From the NCBI GenBank assembly GCA_043228905.1, contig JBHGNT010000007.1, positions 3,162,001 to 3,226,000 on the forward strand: a DNA stretch of 64,000 nucleotides, in the 5' to 3' direction. The DNA is from Azolla caroliniana. Taxonomy: Eukaryota > Plantae > Polypodiophyta. Positions 59,801 through 64,000 of the stretch are shown here, in pieces. The notes under the pieces are model-generated. The model had not been told where the DNA came from and did no database searches. It saw only the letters and a program-made list of their open reading frames with translations. Position numbers and translations under genes: made by a program. The first letter of the stretch is position 1; each line of letters begins with the position of its first letter.

Positions 59801-60350
59801 ACTAGATTTGGAAAACTTGGGATGCTATCCCTTGTGAGAATAGATGTTTTGAAGCTTTTATATTGAGGTCCTAAGCCTCTTAAGAATATTTTCACCTTAT
59901 CATCATCTTCTACCTTCACATTAATAGAATCAAGTGACTCACATATGCTCTTTATTTTCAAAGCATACTCATTAACTAACATCTTACCTTTTTCCAAGGT
60001 ATTTAGCTCTGTCTTCAATTGAAGCTTTCTAGCCTTTGTGTTTACTACAAACAGTTTTACCAAACTGTCCCAAGCTTCTTTTGGAAGCAACGCATCTTGT
60101 ATGTGTCCAAGCATCGAATCTGAGATGCTAAGTGACAGCCAATGCAATACTTTCCTTGCCCCTTGATTCCATTCCTTAAATGCTTTAATCTGTGCAGTAG
60201 TTACATTTTCTTCAGGGATCTCTGGAGCCTCTTCTAGGTCTCCTTCAATGTAATCCCAGTATCCTTTTCCCATCAGGAAATTTGTCATTCTGAATTTCCA
60301 CGCATTGTCCAACTTTTCTGTGACTATTTGGCTTCCATTCTCAATAGCCA
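56867..60350 (-). pseudogene. gag-pol: Copia C gag, PR, IN and start of RT
   Basis: WKFRMTNFL gag, WYIDSGASNH, WHKRIGH, VHTNVWGP, SDGGGEY, QQNGVVER, GCKWVYK. Confidence 0.9.
58445..59020 (-). mobile_element. Solo LTR in Copia C
   Basis: TGTTAAG...CTTAACA, perfect TSD ATATC; strand inferred from a TATA-like motif. Confidence 0.88.
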
Positions 60351-60537
60351 TTCTCTCTTTCAAATTAGCGCTTTTGCTACGATTAACTTCACAGACAACT
60401 CTCTGCTTCAAACCAGCAACCAGAACCAAACTTCTCAAATTTGTATTGTTCCTCTTTACGAGCAACTCTGCTCTGATACCATGTTACGAAGGCGCTCCGG
60501 CTCTTCTTTGTGCGCAGCAGATCGTGATGTGTTGGAT

Positions 60538-60750
60538 CGCCATTAACACCGCCTCGTCCCATGGAATATCACATGCTAGAAGGCGAAAATCTACAACATA
60601 AGTGGAAGCAGGACGATCTCCTTGTCGTAATTGACGAATTTTGTTTATTGCGGTCCTCATACTATCGATGCCTCCAAAGTTGGCTTCTCTAGGAGTGGTG
60701 CAAACCACGCCAATGCGGTACCCGTAACAAGGTACCAACTAGTCCCACGT
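60538..60750 (-). pseudogene. gag: Chromovirus gag fragment (F-related) with internal deletion
   Basis: RTAINKIRQLRQGDRPAS..DFRLLA.DIPWD matches F gag at ~30950-31206. Confidence 0.85.
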
Positions 60751-63700
60751 TGTCGTGTTACTACGCTTTTGCGGGTGAAAGAGACGGGAATGCGGAGGCC
60801 CTGAACCAAGGAGTGTGAGAGAGGAGAGAGAGAGCGTTTTGCTGAACACAGTGAAAGAGAGAGAGAGAGAGAAAAAACAGAACAATTCGATTATAACACC
60901 AAAACGATTACAACCGGCACACCGGCAATGGACCCAACACGAGAGTCCACCCACACACACATAGGCATCACATGCCAAGCACTGAAACACGAAGGGACGG
61001 CCTCTGATGGAAGCGCACGGGTTGTCCACGAAGCAAAGGCAACGATCTCCAAAACCCGCAGAGAATGACAACCGAAGGAGGAGAGAGAGAGCTCGGTACA
61101 CGGTCCAGCAGCACTTCGTCCTCGCTAACGCACGATAGTTCTGTTCTTCCTTCTCTTCTTCCTTATATAGGTCGTTGTGGAGAGTCCGTTCTCCTTCAGT
61201 CACAGTCACATTACTTTATTCTCTGTCCCTTCTGACAGAGATACGCATCGATTCCCTAATAAATGTGTCGCACCTAGTATATTTACATCAGCCGCCCCAC
61301 ACATAATTATGTACAAGCTATCAATTGACATGCCCACACATGGAAGGGCCGGTTCGTGCACGGTTTCTCTCATTTCCTCCTAGGGAAGGTTTCCTCCACG
61401 ACATCCACCCCCACCAATCCGCGTGTCCACCGGTACGCGTCAGATACAACACTTGCCGGAGAAAACTGGCCTACTATCACCCGTTGCTGCCCGAATCATC
61501 ATTCGTTTCGAGCCAATCGTCGTCGTCAATCGCGCATTCCGGGTCTGGCTCTTCCTCTTGCCGCTTCTTGAATACCTTGACCCTTTTTCCTGCTACTGGC
61601 ACCGCCATCCGTGTCTCGTTGAGCTCCGCGAGATGGTATGTGCCGTTGTCGTTCGCACTTGTTACCGCATAGGGCCCCAACCACCTCCTCGCAAACTTAC
61701 GCACCGCCTTGTGCTGATTATCGAGGCTATTGTCGTACACCAGCACCCAGTCACCTTCCTCAATCTTCCTCGGCCTCAGTTAGTGAGTACGGTCGAACCA
61801 ACCTTTGTTCTTTTCTCGTGCTATACGCAGCCTTTCCTTCGCCCGCTCCACGTCTTCCGGTCTTCGCTCGAGTTGCCGGATCCTTGCTGCCAACAACTCT
61901 TCCCGGCTCATCTCGTCCTTCCAGTCCATCGCGGCCCACGAAATGATTGTTTTCTCCACCGGCATGATTGCCTTATGCCCGTACATCAACTCCGATGGCA
62001 TGAACCCCGTCACCGAATTGTGCGTAGTTCGATCCGCCCATAGCGCGTAAGGGAGGAGCCGCAGCCAATTCCCAACCTGTCCTTCGCATGCACGTACTAA
62101 CGCCTTAACAATGGGCCCGTGACCACGCTCTACCTTCCTGTTGGCCTCCGGATTGTACGTCGTAGTGAGGGAGAGTTTGACCCCCAGTCGGTCAAACAGC
62201 TCTTCAGCCTCTTGCGCGTCTAGTTCTCCACAGTCGGCCACGATCTTTCCTACGCACCCATACCGGCACACCACTTCTTCGATCAGAAATCGGCACACGG
62301 CCGCGGTCGTTTTGTTCTGCAACGCTCGACCTTCCACCTGGTTCGTCAGGTCCTCCCGAGCCAGCACCAGATATCGCATCTGTCCTACCCCCATCGGCAT
62401 ATTCACTAAATCCACCATCCATTTGAAGTGGACAGTCAGTGGGTAGGTTGGATGAAGCTCGTCTCGATGCCAGACTGTAGAGTGCATCTGGCTATTCTTA
62501 CAAATTGTCACAAAATGATGCACGTCCTAGTACAGCCCCGGCCACCAATACTTTCCCTTGAGCTTCTCGAATGTGGCCCACGTCCCGCGGTGTCCGGCCC
62601 AGGGACTCTCGTGATATGCCGTAAGCAACGCTTTCTGCTCGTCTTTCCTCGCCACTACGCAGAGTGGGGTGCCGCTACGCTTCTTCGGATGCCTCCATAT
62701 GTGTCCTCCTCGTTGGAAGAATCGGTACACCTTCTTCTGCACCCGATTGGCCTCTTCTCTAGTCCACACCGTGTCCGGCGTCATCGTCCGCAGGAACCTT
62801 CCTATTTGGAGCCACTCCCCGTCGTATTCGCTCTCATCGAACTCGTTAAGCGCCGGAGTGCTCCCTATACCAGTTGCCACGTTAGCTGACCCGAAGAAGT
62901 CCTCGCCGACTTCTTCGTTATCCGAAACCATGTCGTCCTCGTTGCTGAACTGCGCCCTTGAAAGTATATCGGACATGGCATTATCCTTTCCGGAGATGTG
63001 TCGTATCTCTGGGTTCAAGGACTTGATGTACGCGATCCACCTGAGCATCGCCAGGTCCGGAGTCGCGCACCCGGAAACCATACCCAGAATCAGTAGGCAG
63101 TCTGTCTCGATGATCACTTCTGTCCCGATCAGATAGTCCTTGTCGGCCTTGACTGCCGAAACGATACCCCATGGCTCGCGCTTAATTTGGGCGTATTCTC
63201 ATTGCCGCTCGCTCAATACCTTTGCTCCGAACCGAATCAGGAACCGAACGCCGTCCTCGTCTTCCTGATTGAACACCCACCCAATCCCGGTCGGGCTCGT
63301 GTTCACCTTCACGTAAATGGGGACTTCCTTGCCGTAAACCGCTTTCCAGAGAGCCGGTGTCGCGGCGAGCGCCTCCTTCAGTCTCCGGACCGACTCTGTG
63401 TGCTCCGTCCTCCATTCGAACCAGTGCCCTTTCTTTAATAACCCGTAAAGCGGTTCCGCCACATGCGCGTAGTGCGGAATCCAGATGTGATAGAACGCAC
63501 ATGCCCCCAGGATCCTTCGGACCTCCGTACCCCACCCCCAATCATCCTTCATCGCGGAGATGGCTTCTACCTTCGTCGGGGACGGCTTCCGGCCATAAGG
63601 CCCGCACAGGTGTCCGACTACCAGGATCTTCAGTTGTCTGAAGGCTGATTTTTCTCCGGAGAAGGTGTGTCACGCACTCTCGAGTCTTTGTAGCACCTTC

Positions 63701-64000
63701 TCGCAGTCGCGGATGTGATCCGTCACGAACCTCCGGCAACCGTCAGGCCCGACCGACTCGTCCTTGTCCTCCACCGGACATCCTTTGATCGGGATGTTGT
63801 CCAGAAATGGCATGGTGATGTCCGGGATGCAGTCCCTCAACACCTTGTTCATCGCATTCACCATGTGCGCCACCGAGTTCGTTCCCCCTTGCGGTAGGGT
63901 ACACATCCGAACTAGGTCGAGAGGAGTCTGCATCGTCGTGACATCCCTGCTCTCTACGGCTAGTTGGAACTGATTGTACCCTGAGTACAGATCCCCGACT
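60751..64000 (-). mobile_element. G-family Gypsy G4: 3' LTR 60751-61403 plus degenerate pol running off the window
   Basis: TGTCGTG...CCACGACA LTR, PPT GGTGGGGGTGGA, pol peptides very similar to G2/G3 with many stops; left flank ACGT. Confidence 0.92.

Larger units (their letters stand above)
12674..60537 (-). mobile_element. Outermost Copia element C, split by nested insertions; 3' LTR 12674-13060, 5' LTR remnant 60482-60537
   Basis: TGTTA(T/C)GAAGGCGCTCCGGCTCTTCTTTGTGC occurs at 12674 and 60482; Met-i PBS at 60470-60481; PPT at 13061. Coding pieces at 13079-14188, 35475-35697 and 56867-60350 join in correct order across the TSDs. Confidence 0.9.

Overview
This is eukaryotic (plant) repeat-dense DNA with no host protein-coding gene. 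The element mix suggests a non-seed land plant such as a fern, lycophyte or bryophyte (inference). The first ~1.25 kb is a decayed tandem array of tRNA-Pro genes on the minus strand. The rest is a nested stack of retroelements. An old minus-strand Copia ('C', 12674-60537) has been inflated to ~48 kb by two Copia insertions. Copia D contains an intact young Copia I and, in its 5' LTR, a full-length RTE-X-like LINE, which in turn contains chromovirus F. Copia E contains several solo LTRs and two non-chromovirus Gypsy elements, G2 and G3. Highlights read from the sequence: (1) a Gypsy family primed by tRNA-Trp makes 4-bp TSDs always centred on CG; it keeps a D-H-G protease in the gag ORF and reaches RT-RH-IN by a predicted -1 frameshift at G_GAU_UUU with a covarying pseudoknot; (2) chromovirus F has a Tf1-type self-priming signature, a predicted G_UUA_AAC frameshift and a tRNA-like A/B-box cassette in its LTR; (3) the LINE has a 3' stem-loop plus (TATC)n tail and sits in a microsatellite; (4) the tRNA-Pro pseudogene cluster. 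Boundaries and mismatch counts were read by eye and may be off by a few bases. Element letters are my own labels.
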